The notes under the pieces were generated by a model. It was given only the letters and a program-made list of their open reading frames with translations, ran no database searches and was not told where the DNA came from. Source: Octopus sinensis (lineage: Eukaryota). From it: a stretch of DNA of 49,767 nt. The position numbers and the translations under genes are program-made. This document shows positions 1-10,651 of this stretch, piece by piece. The stretch is taken from assembly GCF_006345805.1 (NCBI RefSeq), contig NW_021834183.1:1-49767 (forward strand). Reading direction: 5' to 3'. The stretch's first letter is position 1, and each line of letters starts with the position of its first letter.

Positions 1-446
1 TAGAAATGTCATTTCTTCCAATTTGCCCATCTTCATCAAAATCTGGACTAATTTATTGGCAAAAAACCATTTAAACGAAAAATTAAATTGGCTTTGACCG
101 ACTGATCAGCCCTAGGTGACAGAAGAGAGTATAAATTGACATAATCATCAAAATCCATAAGAGATTTGTCTTCAGTAATGACTTTGAAGATCCTCTCAAC
201 ATAAGGATTAGACTGCCTTCAGAAAACGCGATACCTCAAACTCTGGCAGAGCAGCGAACTGTTCGAAGGTGATTGAGGGATTGCCAGTTTCTTCATTGAT
301 GACGACATCGTTTTTGCCAAATTTTTTAAAAAGACGTAAAATCTCTTCACGATGTAAATAGGTTAGTTCCTGGAGAATAGAAAAAAGGCAGGAACAGTGT
401 ATTCGTTCATTCTTTCCTCGGAAATAGTGCTTTGTTTATTGCCCAT
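1..446 (-). CDS. CIB-family (calcium- and integrin-binding) EF-hand protein, 5' part; gene runs off the window start
   Basis: Manual translation MGNKQSTISEERMNEYT/ELTYLHREEILRLFKKF...LPEFE/SNPYVERIF...FRLN/DFDEDGQIGRNDIS matches the CIB1/CIB2 pattern; GT-AG introns at 370-395 (26 nt), 213-234 (22 nt) and 43-67 (25 nt) restore the frame. Confidence 0.85.
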
Positions 447-664
447 AAAATGCTTAGCAACGACCTGGTCAATCCAAATGGATTAATTTAATAGTTCAAA
501 TTAAAAAATAAACAATTTTTTAAAGTATATTTTTAATTATAAAATTAGTCTTTGTACTTTTATAAATTTCATCGATTTCAGATAGCTCTAGATCTACAAG
601 ATTGATTGATGGTATTTAAATAATAGCAAATATGCAATTTTTTATTTCTAAACATTATTTAATG

Positions 665-1193
665 CAGTGATTCTCAACCGTGGTGCATGGAAAAAAAATT
701 GATACATGCTATTATTTTTATGTTGGGACATAATCCATCTGAAATTTTACAAGTAATGTGACCATTTTTATGTTCCTAGAATTTACCTTTGAGTAATGAT
801 ACGATTTCAAGATTGATTTCAGAAAATGAGAAATATTAAATTGGATTTTTGCTAAATTTAATGAAATTTCCTTTAAATTGCAGGGAAATTTTGTAACTAT
901 GTTTGACGTCAGAGTTACAATAATTGCATTTATTGAGCGATCAACGTAACAAGCTTGATACCTGCTCGCGAGCAGATGTTAGATTATTTTTAATACGCTT
1001 AAACACTGATATTCAGAAACTATTTAAAATGCATGAAAACGAAGGCTCCCATTAAATACTTAGAAAAATATTTTAAGTCTCTAAATTTAATTAAAAGAAA
1101 TAAATAAGTCTGTTTTTTTGGTACACGAAATAACTTGGTTTCGTACATTGACTTTTCTTTTTGGGACACCAAAAAAAAGGTTGAGAATCACTG
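665..1193. mobile_element. hAT-superfamily MITE (529 bp)
   Basis: Perfect 15-bp TIRs CAGTGATTCTCAACC (665-679) / GGTTGAGAATCACTG (1179-1193); perfect 8-bp TSD ATTTAATG (657-664, 1194-1201); no ORF. Confidence 0.93.
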
Positions 1194-1502
1194 ATTTAAT
1201 GGTTATAACCCTTGTTTACAAAAACATCTATCAACAAATCCAAAAAAATCAAAAATGTCCAAAAATTTATCCTTAAAAAATAATTAAAAATTCTTTGTAA
1301 ATATCATTTCAATCTGAGTTGAAAAACCTGGTGAATCAAATAATAGCTTATTTATTCGAATTTTTAAAAATTTTTTGTTATTGAGGTAGTCTCGCCTATT
1401 ATTCGTTGGTAAAAATGCTGAACTAATAAAAAGATAAATTATGTGTATATAACGATCCTTTACACTTTCGCGAAATGATTTTTTCTTCCAATAAATAAAA
1501 AA

Positions 1503-2014
1503 ATGAATTATTTGGTCAATTTTATTAGTTTCCTTTGGATTATTTACTTAATCTATGACAAAATAAAGCAGGAAATTGTTTCAATCGAGATGGGTATTAT
1601 ATCACAAGACCGCCTCAAACAAGTCGAAATCGACAATTTTCACATATAGGATTTACTGGCAAATGAACTTTTGATACTCTATGAAGCGCAGGTGAAAACT
1701 ATTCCGGTGGTTCTGACGTGGGACGGAGATGTCTCCAAATGATCTAAATATTATATGGATAAAATAACAATTAAAAAAGCAACGAGAACTTACATCCAAT
1801 CCGTTGTACTGAAAAGAATTCTCGAAAGTATGTTAATTGAACACAAGCATTGGATGAGGGTATCTGCTACCGACCAAATGTGAAACCGGCATGCTGCCGG
1901 GACACGTCAATTAAAGCTATAACAACTTTGTCTAACGAAGAGATAGAGAGCGAGGAACTAGCAGCAAATTCTCCCCATAAAAAGAAGAGAAAGATCTTCA
2001 ACAATAAAGAGTGA
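1503..2014 (+). pseudogene. Disrupted member of an unnamed ORF family (RTYIQSVxLKRxLESMxIEHK motif)
   Basis: Homologous to ORF 18858-19181; premature TAG at 1647-1649, further stop/frameshift downstream, 18-bp deletion relative to the A' copy. Confidence 0.55.
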
Positions 2015-2159
2015 AAACCTTAATTAAATATTGTAACCTAATTAGTATTTGTCTATTTTTTTTATAAATGGTTTATTTAATTGTAATTCTATCTATCTGA
2101 GTTATTCTCAAATTGTAATTAGAATAAAAGTTTCCATAGTGAGAAGGAAAATATCTAAG

Positions 2160-4196
2160 ATGGAAATAACATATGTCTACACCAAGACACGAGCTGAATT
2201 CGGGAAACAATGTATATTTACAGACAAGAACCCGGAATTGATCGTCGACATTAAACCTAAACCAGAAGACAAAGAAAACTTCATAGAATTCAACTATTGC
2301 GATAAAGAAGTGAACCATATTCCAGAAATATCAGAACACGAAGTATATTTTGCTATTTTTACTGATTTGAAATATTTATTCAAAACAAATCATTTAGGTT
2401 AATACCGAGTCGTTCAGGACGAATAACACCGGAATTAATCACGTTGAGGGTGGCTGGCCAAAGGACATCAATTGTGAGGATGTCGACCAAATACAACGAT
2501 TTAGAAAAAAGGTTGAGAAAGACGACGTTTATATTACATCAGTCCGCAACCTTTCAATTGTATAGTTCTGATTTGAACGTATAGATTATTGAACGACAAA
2601 TAATGAGAAACAATGCCATCGACATTTACGAAGAATATTTTGATGAGTTTGATGGCGATTCTTTCGACGCTCAGCCAGCCGCCAAAATAACAAACTATTT
2701 TCGAGATCCCAATGGAAAGGACCGAGTCGTATCCTCAATTTCCTGGAATCCCACCGATTCTAAAAAAATCGTTGCTGCGTATAGTTTTTTGAGCCCTTCA
2801 TTTACTGCCCCAGTTGCCAATTACGACTCATACGTCTGGGATTTATGTTTTTTTATGTTTTTATTAGATTAGCTTTTCCTAACAACCCGGAGTTTATTCT
2901 CCATACAATATCTCCAATTTTGACGAGTTCCTACTCCCCAAAAGACTCACACGTGATTCTCGGAGGTTGTTATAACGGACAGATTGGTTGTTTATTAAAT
3001 TGACATTAACTAGGATTTTGGGATACCCGAAAAGGGACAACTGCTGTGGACTATACACGGGTAGAAGTGTCGCACAAGGATCCAGTCTATGGGGCAATCT
3101 GGATAAATTCAAAATCCGGAAGCGAGTTTTTCACAGCTTCCACGGATGGATGTGTTTATTGGTGGGACACAAGAAAACTAACGGACCCCGTGGATATAAT
3201 ATATCTTGACACTACTAAAAAACAAGACCCGACGAAAGCTATAGGAGCCACCTGCCTGGAATATGAACCGACTATTGTATAATTTATAAACATTTCAGCC
3301 AACTAAATTTATGGCGGGTTCTGAGATGGGTTCAGTAATTCTCTGCAATCGGAAAGGGAAGACAAACGCAGAAAAAGTCGTCTCCGTGTTTAATGGACAT
3401 AAGGGACCGATTTATTCAGTGAAAAGAAATCCGTTCTATCCCAAACAATTCCTCACTGTGGGCGATTGGACTGCAAGGGTAAAATTCTGAATTGGTTAGA
3501 TGGCAGATATGGTCAGAGGATATCAAGGATTCATCGATCATGTGGACTCAGTATGAATCTAATTAATATGTTAGTAATCACATGAACTTCCTGACAGACG
3601 CCGCATGGAGTCCTACAAGACCGGGAGTTTTCTTTACAACGAGAGTGGACGGTGTCCTTGATGTTTGGGATCTTTGTTTTAATCATTCCAATTGTGCTTT
3701 ATCCATCAAAGTTTTATTTTTACAACAATTTAAAGCTGGACGAGTCGGCTCTGCATAGTTTACAAATAAACGAAACAGGGAAATGTGCTGTTTCAGGATC
3801 GGCTTCGGGAAATATAGCATTTTTGGAGTTTTCAGATTCAATCTACGCACTCCAAAAATCAGAAAAAAATACAGTTTCATCCGTAATCATTGTTTGAACC
3901 CAATCCCGGTAGATATTTGAACGGGAGACAAAACGCATGAAAATATATGAATCCCGGCAAAAAGAACTGAGATTCCGTGCCAAGTCACCTCATTCGACTA
4001 ATCCAGTACATATTTAAATTTTAGTATTTGATAGGATGAGGATATGGCTCAAAATGATGAAGCTGAAGAAATCGACGTGAAAGGCGAATTTTTCAAGTTT
4101 ATAGAATCTGAAAAAAAAATTCGGAACGAAATTGAATCCAAAAAACCACCAAAAATTCGATTTTCCATGGTTTTTAGGTATAGGCGTCATTGTTAG
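2160..4196 (+). CDS. DNAI2: Axonemal dynein intermediate chain 2 (WD40), 11 exons
   Basis: [64 protein letters not shown] motifs; introns 2343-2397, 2560-2584, 2847-2872, 2987-3013, 3277-3298, 3479-3506, 3551-3574, 3711-3735, 3883-3912, 4006-4034. The exact 3' end is less certain. Confidence 0.93.
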
Positions 4197-4735
4197 CACA
4201 CCAATGGGGGCACCAGTACTCGGCCTAGTCAATTCTCAATTGGAGAAAATCACGAAAATAATCCTTAAATAATTAATTCAAATTAATTACTATTAACACT
4301 AGTAATTTAAAATTAAACCGAATTTAAACACATACACTCTGACGTTGTTATGACTCACAACGTGGCTTAAAAACTGCAATTGTATCAATGAGTCATCTCT
4401 TTTCCTAAAATTGTTTTTTCTCTTTGATTTGCTGTTATTGTTCTAAAAAGTTCGTAATAATCGATAAATAATTTGGGTGTCTGCCTTGATACTGTTTCTT
4501 TGATTTTACTAATAACTTTCAGCCGGTCTTTAATTTCTGGTAATCTGGCCTATTATAAAAAGTTGTTTCTTCTTCAATTACTTTTTGTTAAAAAACTTCA
4601 TCGAATTCCTCTGCATATTAATTTTTTTCGGATATTTGGAAGATATTGTGGATTTTTAATTCTTTCAGAATTTATCTCTGGTACAATCCCACCTTTCGCA
4701 AGGGATTTACTTTTTATGTCAACCTGACGGCTCTA

Positions 4736-4976
4736 AACAAATGTGATGGTGGAATACGGCCCAATGCTGTTGGGAGCGTCTTTTGAGGCCTGGCGGACAA
4801 AATTATTTGCCGTTCGGTTCTTCCCGAAGCAAGTATACTTTTAATACCGACCCAACTGGGTGTGGGTGTGAATGGAGCCTGCGAAGTACCCGCTCATAGC
4901 ATATGGCAGTTGCCTTTTTCGGAAAATAATAAAATCCCCTTCTTCCTTATAACTTGATGTCAAAAACGACTTCAAT
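4736..4976 (+). mobile_element. Degenerate CRE-clade-like non-LTR reverse transcriptase fragment (N-terminal RT motifs)
   Basis: Translation KCDGGIRPNAVGSVF*GLADKIICRSVLPEASILLIPTQLGVGVNGACE then, after a frameshift, LDVKNDFN; this resembles the DGGIRPIAVG / QLGVG / DFKNAFN motifs. Confidence 0.7.
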
Positions 4977-5863
4977 TAATTCCTTTTCCTGAACAGTGTG
5001 CGTTGTCGGAATATGCTGCAGGTGCCAACGAATGGATTTCTCGTAGATTTCTCATTGAACTAACATAAGGTGCACTTGTAACTGAAAAATTCTGAAACTA
5101 TGCAGGTTCGCTTAACATCAGTGACAGAACACATATATACATACAATTTCTTACAAAAACAGAGTTGAACCGTGGGAAGGAGTCTTGAACTAGACAAAAA
5201 ATATATGATTATCAAATAAGTGTGGCTAAAACATTGCCAGTGCCTGTCAGCACCTCGAAAGGAAAGAAGCGTGTTTGCCTACATAAATCACTTTGCAAAT
5301 AGAAGAAATAACGACAAGATAAAAAAGATTATTTAGTTAATTGGCACGGATTAAATAATGCCCCAAGTTTGATAATACCCCCATAAAATGTACTAAAATC
5401 AAATTAAAATAACCTGATAATTAATAAAAAAATCTGATAATGGAACTAAGTCGATTTATTCTATTTTGGTAACCAAATTGATGCATTTAGGCTGCAGACA
5501 AACATATTATTATTATTAACCCCCAAGCTTGCATAGCAAACCCAGCACAAACAGTCATAGCTAAATAATCGAATGAAGAAGCCAAAGAAGAAGGAACTGT
5601 CCGTGCTGATCAGTATTAGCCTCCAAATCTTCAATACAGCCTTCCGGATCCACAAAAGGTGGAAAATATCTGGTTCGCCCAGTTCTCATTTGTCAGCCTC
5701 CTACTGTCGCTCATCGCACGTCATTTGTTTTCGGAAGGGTTTTACATGATTAAGATTTTTTCATTGATAATATGATCAGACAAACATAGGTAAAAGATAG
5801 TTTATTTATGATACGTATTTAAAAATAAACAAAACAAAAGGCAATCAGGGACGATCCGCAGAT

Positions 5864-5949
5864 AGAATTGAGAAACTGTTCCCCCTGAGAACGGCTATTG
5901 AGACACGCTCAAAGAGCCGGCTAAGCTCTAGGGGGTTGTTTCTAATTCT
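5864..5949. other. 86-nt imperfect long hairpin in a GC-rich island upstream of MECR (candidate structured RNA)
   Basis: 31 Watson-Crick pairs by eye: AGAATT/AATTCT, AGAAAC/GTTTCT, CCCCCT/AGGGGG, GAG/CTC, CGGCT/AGCCG, TTGAG/CTCAA, loop ACACG. Confidence 0.55.
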
Positions 5950-6069
5950 TCCGAGGTGGCGGCCTCTCTTGGTGAGAAAACAAAGAGTTGATGGTCGAAG
6001 CGTTTATATATAATAGTTCTAATAAATTTTTTGTCCTATTTAAATAATTAGATAAATATATATCACGTG

Positions 6070-7143
6070 ATGGGCATTAGATACTACACCGCACGTTTAT
6101 TCAATAATTTTCTGAGAAATCTCTCCAATGATTCCCGAGCAATTGTTTACCATTCGAGAGGTGACCCCATCAAAGTTACTCAAATCGATAAAATAACTCT
6201 TCCACAAATTGCTCCTGATGAACTCCGTCTGAGAGTGTTGATGGCACCAATCAACCCCTCGGATATAAACATGATTCAGGGACGCTACGGATATCTTCCC
6301 TCCCTTCCGGCGGTGGGCGGAAATGAGTGTGTTGCCGAGATCCAACAGATTGGATCGAATGTAAAAAATTTTAAAATCGGAGACCGAGTCTTTCCTGCTG
6401 AGCCAGGGAATGGGACGTGGTGTGAAAATTGTAATGTAAAGGCCAATGAAATGATCAAACTTCCTGTCGACGTTCCTTCTGTAGTTGGGGCGTCTATTGT
6501 TGTGAATCCATGCAGTGCGTATAGAATGGTCAAGGACTACGGAGCACAACCAGGGGACTATATCATCCAAAATGGAGCAACCTCCGGAGTGGGAGAGGCT
6601 GTTATTCAGTTTGCCAAGATATTCGGAATTCGAACCATTAATGTTGTCCGAGAATCCACTTCTGATGACATTAAGCAGTATCTAACTGATTTGGGTGCCG
6701 ATTATGTAATCACCGACAAGTTTCTCCAGTCGGCAAGTATGAAGAATCTTATCAAAGATGTTGGAGCACCCAAATTGGCCCTGAATTGTGTCGGGGGGCA
6801 GTCGGCCACTGAATTGTTTCGTAATTTGGGTCAAGATGGAGTTATGGTCACTTTTGGTGCCATGGCACGGGATCCTCCAAAAATTCCAATGGGGAAATTC
6901 ATCTTTCTCAATTTGAAGATTGTCGGCTTTTGGCTGACTCAGTGGAAAGCCAAGAATTCAAATAACGAGGCTTATCAGCTTATGTTAGATGATATTTTCA
7001 AGTTCTCCGTTGAAGGCAAGTTCAAGGCTCCTAGATTTAAGTTTTTCGATTTCGACGATTTCAAGACTCCTCTTGAGCAGATTGCAGCTCCTGGCGTCTC
7101 TAAAGGCAAGTCTATGCTTGTCATGGATCGTTCGTACATTTAG
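6070..7143 (+). CDS. MECR: Mitochondrial trans-2-enoyl-CoA/ACP reductase (MDR family), intronless
   Basis: APINPSDINMIQGRYG, VGGNE, VNPCSAYRM, IQNGATSGVG, LALNCVGG motifs; basic N-terminal presequence-like region; ATG at 6070. Confidence 0.93.
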   Translation: MGIRYYTARLFNNFLRNLSNDSRAIVYHSRGDPIKVTQIDKITLPQIAPDELRLRVLMAPINPSDINMIQGRYGYLPSLPAVGGNECVAEIQQIGSNVKNFKIGDRVFPAEPGNGTWCENCNVKANEMIKLPVDVPSVVGASIVVNPCSAYRMVKDYGAQPGDYIIQNGATSGVGEAVIQFAKIFGIRTINVVRESTSDDIKQYLTDLGADYVITDKFLQSASMKNLIKDVGAPKLALNCVGGQSATELFRNLGQDGVMVTFGAMARDPPKIPMGKFIFLNLKIVGFWLTQWKAKNSNNEAYQLMLDDIFKFSVEGKFKAPRFKFFDFDDFKTPLEQIAAPGVSKGKSMLVMDRSYI

Positions 7144-7756
7144 AATTGTTTCTTTTTTACGGACTTTTTGTTTTTATTTTTTAGATATTGAAAATTAAAT
7201 GGGTTTCTCTTATTTATAAATGAACAAAAATAATTAGTTTTATAAAAAAATTATGTCGTTTATAGCTAATATAATTGATTCGATTTTTGATTTCTAAAAT
7301 TTTGGTCTGAAGTTTTCTTTGATTTTATTTGGTCAGCTTTGATCAATCTTTTCAATGTTTATTATAAACGAGTGTCGATAACCCTGAAAGTTGCAATCAC
7401 CATTGTTAAATTTTTGGAACCACTGTGAAAAAATGTATTTTAGTCGATTTTAAATAATAGATATTATTGAAGGTTCCATGCATCGAATATGCAAACCAGA
7501 TTGACAAGTGACGCCGTCATCAGTGAGTGATCTCACTGAGGAACCTGATGTCTTCATCGGCCACACTACAAAAAAAGGGGGACAGGATGGACCAGAGACA
7601 TGTGTCTTCGTTTGGATTAGTTAGTTTGTTGGTAACATTTTCTCATTCTGTCTTGGTCTTTATAAAAAAAATGAAAAATAAAGTGTGGCCGGCCTAAGCG
7701 AGATGTCAACATGTCGTTTACAACTTGCGGTAGGGCTATTTACGATATTGATATTA

Positions 7757-8663
7757 TGTCACATGGGTGATCAGACCCCTATGGGCAACCTGGCCTTTAC
7801 GTGTTTCCATGGCAACTACATAGCAAATATTTACTAAAAGGCCAACTAAAATAAAGGCAATCGATCCGAACTAATGATTGAACTTTAAATTTTTGAGAAA
7901 ATGATGTTTTATATTTGAACCATGCTTGCTTTAAAATAATAAAATTCTTTACAACATTAGCAAATTATAACGTGAATTATTTTTATTTTTGATAATATAA
8001 ATTGCAACATTAGCAAATTATAATTTACATCAAATTTTTTGCAAAGTTTGTAACAACTTTAACTCTAACCTTAACCCAAACCCTAACGTTGGCAAGTGCC
8101 AACATAAATATTCAAAATCTAAACCTAACCTTAACCCAAACCCTAACGTTGGCAAGTGACAACATAAAATTCAAAATCTAAACCCTAACCTTAACCCAAA
8201 CCCTAACGTTGGCAGTGACAACATAAATATTCAAAATCTAACCCTGACCTTAACCCAAACCCTAACTCGAAATTAAATGATGTTTCTGCTGACGATTCTT
8301 CAGACATTTTTTACAAAAATTGGAAGCCTTTTTGGCCAACCGGTGTTTGCTTCGAGCATTCATATCCTCCGGGAATATCCCGATTAACGCTTCCTTAATT
8401 TGATTGTATTCGTTAATATTTCTGACGTAACCCTTAAACCCAGACATCACAAAGTGTGAGTAACCACGCTGTTAAAATTAATATACTTTTGGGTAAGCCA
8501 TTTTTAAAAGATAATTCAAATGTAATTTTAAATTAGAATAATTGATTAATCTACACTCTTCCATATATAAATTGCTATATTCAATATTTAATACCTTCTG
8601 CGGTTTCCATAGAAACACGTAAAAGGACTGGCTGCCCATAGCGACATAGTCGCCCATGTGACA
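7757..8663. mobile_element. Non-autonomous Ginger-like DNA transposon (907 bp, internally deleted)
   Basis: TGTCACATGGG...CCCATGTGACA termini with about 60-bp imperfect TIRs; 5-bp TSD TATTA (7752-7756, 8664-8668); 8275-8590 is homologous to two separated parts (about 20009-20030 and 20934-21117) of the integrase-bearing copy. Confidence 0.85.
8065..8266 (+). repeat. 60-bp minisatellite (about 3.3 units) with telomere-like hexamers and a palindrome
   Basis: Units start at 8065, 8125, 8185, 8244: CTAACCTTAACCCAAACCCTAAC-GTTGGCAAGTG(C/A)CAAC-ATAAATATTCAAAATCTAAAC. Confidence 0.9.
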
Positions 8664-9276
8664 TATTAATACCTGTTCCAATTTTAAACTGGAAAAATAT
8701 TAGAATTGAATTATTATGCCATATCTTCGATCATTACTAAAAAATTTTAAATTGATTACCTAAATTTCATTATTATTTCATTTATTTTCAATACAATCAT
8801 AAGCTTTTCTCAAATTCACTCCAAGAGAAAAACATAGAGACTGCTAATCGCCAAAATTTTCATGTGTTTCAATTATTATTTTTTGTATCGTCACAGTATT
8901 TGCGATATATTGTTTTTCAGTCATCTAAAACAATTTTCGATGTATTTTGACGAAAAATTTTTTATATGCAACATTGACTTTCGTAATTACAAATTATAAG
9001 TTTGTATGTGACATTTTAAGGAGGTATTTTGGTCTTGACATCCAATATTTCGCTGTGGACGTTCTAATTCTTTCATTGTCTTACTTATTTTTGGAAATTT
9101 TACATATAGTGGATAATAAAAAATCTTTCTTTTAATTTACAAAAATTTTGGGAAAACTTCTAAAGAATGGTTCTGTTCATTATCTGAGAGACCGCTTGAT
9201 GGTGCCTTTTTAATCTATTAAAATAATATTTTTTTAATTCTCAAATAAAAAATTTTGCGATCAAAAAATTAAGAAT

Positions 9277-10651
9277 TTAAAGCCACGGATGAACGTTCCA
9301 TTTATTATTTTTAGTGTAAATAAGAAATCCTTTGATAGTAAAAAACATGTACGCCCAATTTTTTACCATCTTTATCTATTTATATTAAATTGTGTCTTTA
9401 CCCTTTTACTTCCTCTGGCAAATCTGAGACATAAGTTATCTTTGGTGATACAAATTTTTCGAATTTCCTCAAAAGTGTAATTCCAAAGAATCATCTCGTT
9501 GTTTAATTTAAATGAAATTCCATTATTTCGACTAACCACAAGCCTTCCAACTCTATTCTCAGTCCAAATTTCTATTCGTGAATATAACCAATAAATCTAC
9601 CCCAGCAATAAGAATATTCCATATTTATAGCCCCAGTAACCGCCTTTATAAAACCAGAAATTATTTGTTTTTTCTCATTCGCATCGATCGCTAGTAATTC
9701 GGTGCGCTTTATTCCCAAGATTGAAGCTTGCTTCATCACAATGCACAAAGAGCTAGACCGTTTAGATGTTAAACTGAATTTGTAATTGTGAATATACCTG
9801 CAATTGATAACAGAGTTACAATTTGTAATCTCATTTGATAAATCTTCAATCTTATGAATGTTGTCGTTAACGTAAACATTTTTATCTGTGACCACAAAAG
9901 AAACAGGTTTCTTAACCACTCCAGCGGGGGTGGCCACTTTCATGTAAAGCCACGTGAGAATATATATTGAAGAGTTGTGAGATAATTGGTTTTTTGAAGA
10001 CTCGATGGAACATATTTTATTATAGAGTTGTGTTTTCGAAGACTCAAAAATGATTCCATGTACCCATTTCGTACAAACTATGGCAAAAGGAAATTTTATC
10101 GTAAGATTTTTTTTTGATTGGGAACTTTCAATAACCAAAACGTTGTCGTGATGGTCAATCACTCGGCACCCAGATAAAGATATTGAAAATTCATTATTTT
10201 TCGCGACTGGAAATTGAGATAAATTCCAGAACAAAACGTTGAAAGCGCGATTTCTTTTTTCCCAGTTCAAATATCTTATGCTCATCACATCAATAATCAC
10301 AAATGTTTTGCAAGCTTTAATGCAGGAAACGGCATCACTGTGGATGCTGTCCTCGATATTGTTTCCATTTACGGAAAGAATCACATCACCAACTTGTAGT
10401 TCTCCTTTTTTTGCAAAGACGCTATTTTTGAAAATTTGGGTGACGATGAGCGGGAAATTTGATTTCGAGCCTCCCTTCACGACAATTCCCAATCCATAAA
10501 ATTTGTCAGGGATAGCGTAAATTTTGCGAATAATAGGTCTGCTCTTTTTGCAAGTCCATTGTAGAGATAATGTCGAATCATGTAACTCGGCATAAGAAAT
10601 TGTCGACTTTGGAAACGCAGACACGATAACTTTACTTTTTAGACAAGTCAT
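9277..10651 (-). CDS. Syntrophin (gamma-like): PDZ, PH-like middle region, C-terminal SU domain; 3 exons
   Basis: PDZ GLGIVVKGG...LQVGDVILSVNG...HSDAV. The ORF-track stop at 9572 is the AG of a 29-nt intron (9572-9600); a 26-nt intron (9376-9401) follows. The spliced tail CWEIWTENRVGRLVV...ILWNYTFEEIR...LCLRF...MFFTIKGFL resembles the SU domain; TAA at 9277-9279. Confidence 0.78.

Noticed and set aside
4700-5100. TGA-to-Trp recoding suggested by a minus-strand frame broken mainly by TGA
   Set aside because: The plus strand carries a recognisable decayed RT remnant that explains the composition; no verified gene needs TGA read-through.
5839-6002. U3 snoRNA (CAGGGA near the 5' side, TTGATGGTCG resembling box C)
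   Set aside because: Box B and a correctly placed terminal box D are missing; order and spacing do not fit.
6097-6570. Antisense or overlapping ORFs (e.g. 6097-6570, 10239-10499, 14771-15091, 25443-25938)
   Set aside because: Shadow frames of real genes or of GC-rich retroelement DNA, with no recognisable motifs.
7558-7691. 10-bp inverted repeat CGGCCACACT/AGTGTGGCCG and nearby small palindromes as a MITE
   Set aside because: No TSD, short IR, no independent copy in the window.
8065-8266. True telomere or CRISPR array
   Set aside because: Internal, degenerate, embedded in a transposon; units are tandem with no unique spacers, and the host is a eukaryote with no cas genes.
8700-9270. Additional host gene between the Ginger derivative and syntrophin
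   Set aside because: Only short low-information ORFs; no splice model or motif could be supported.
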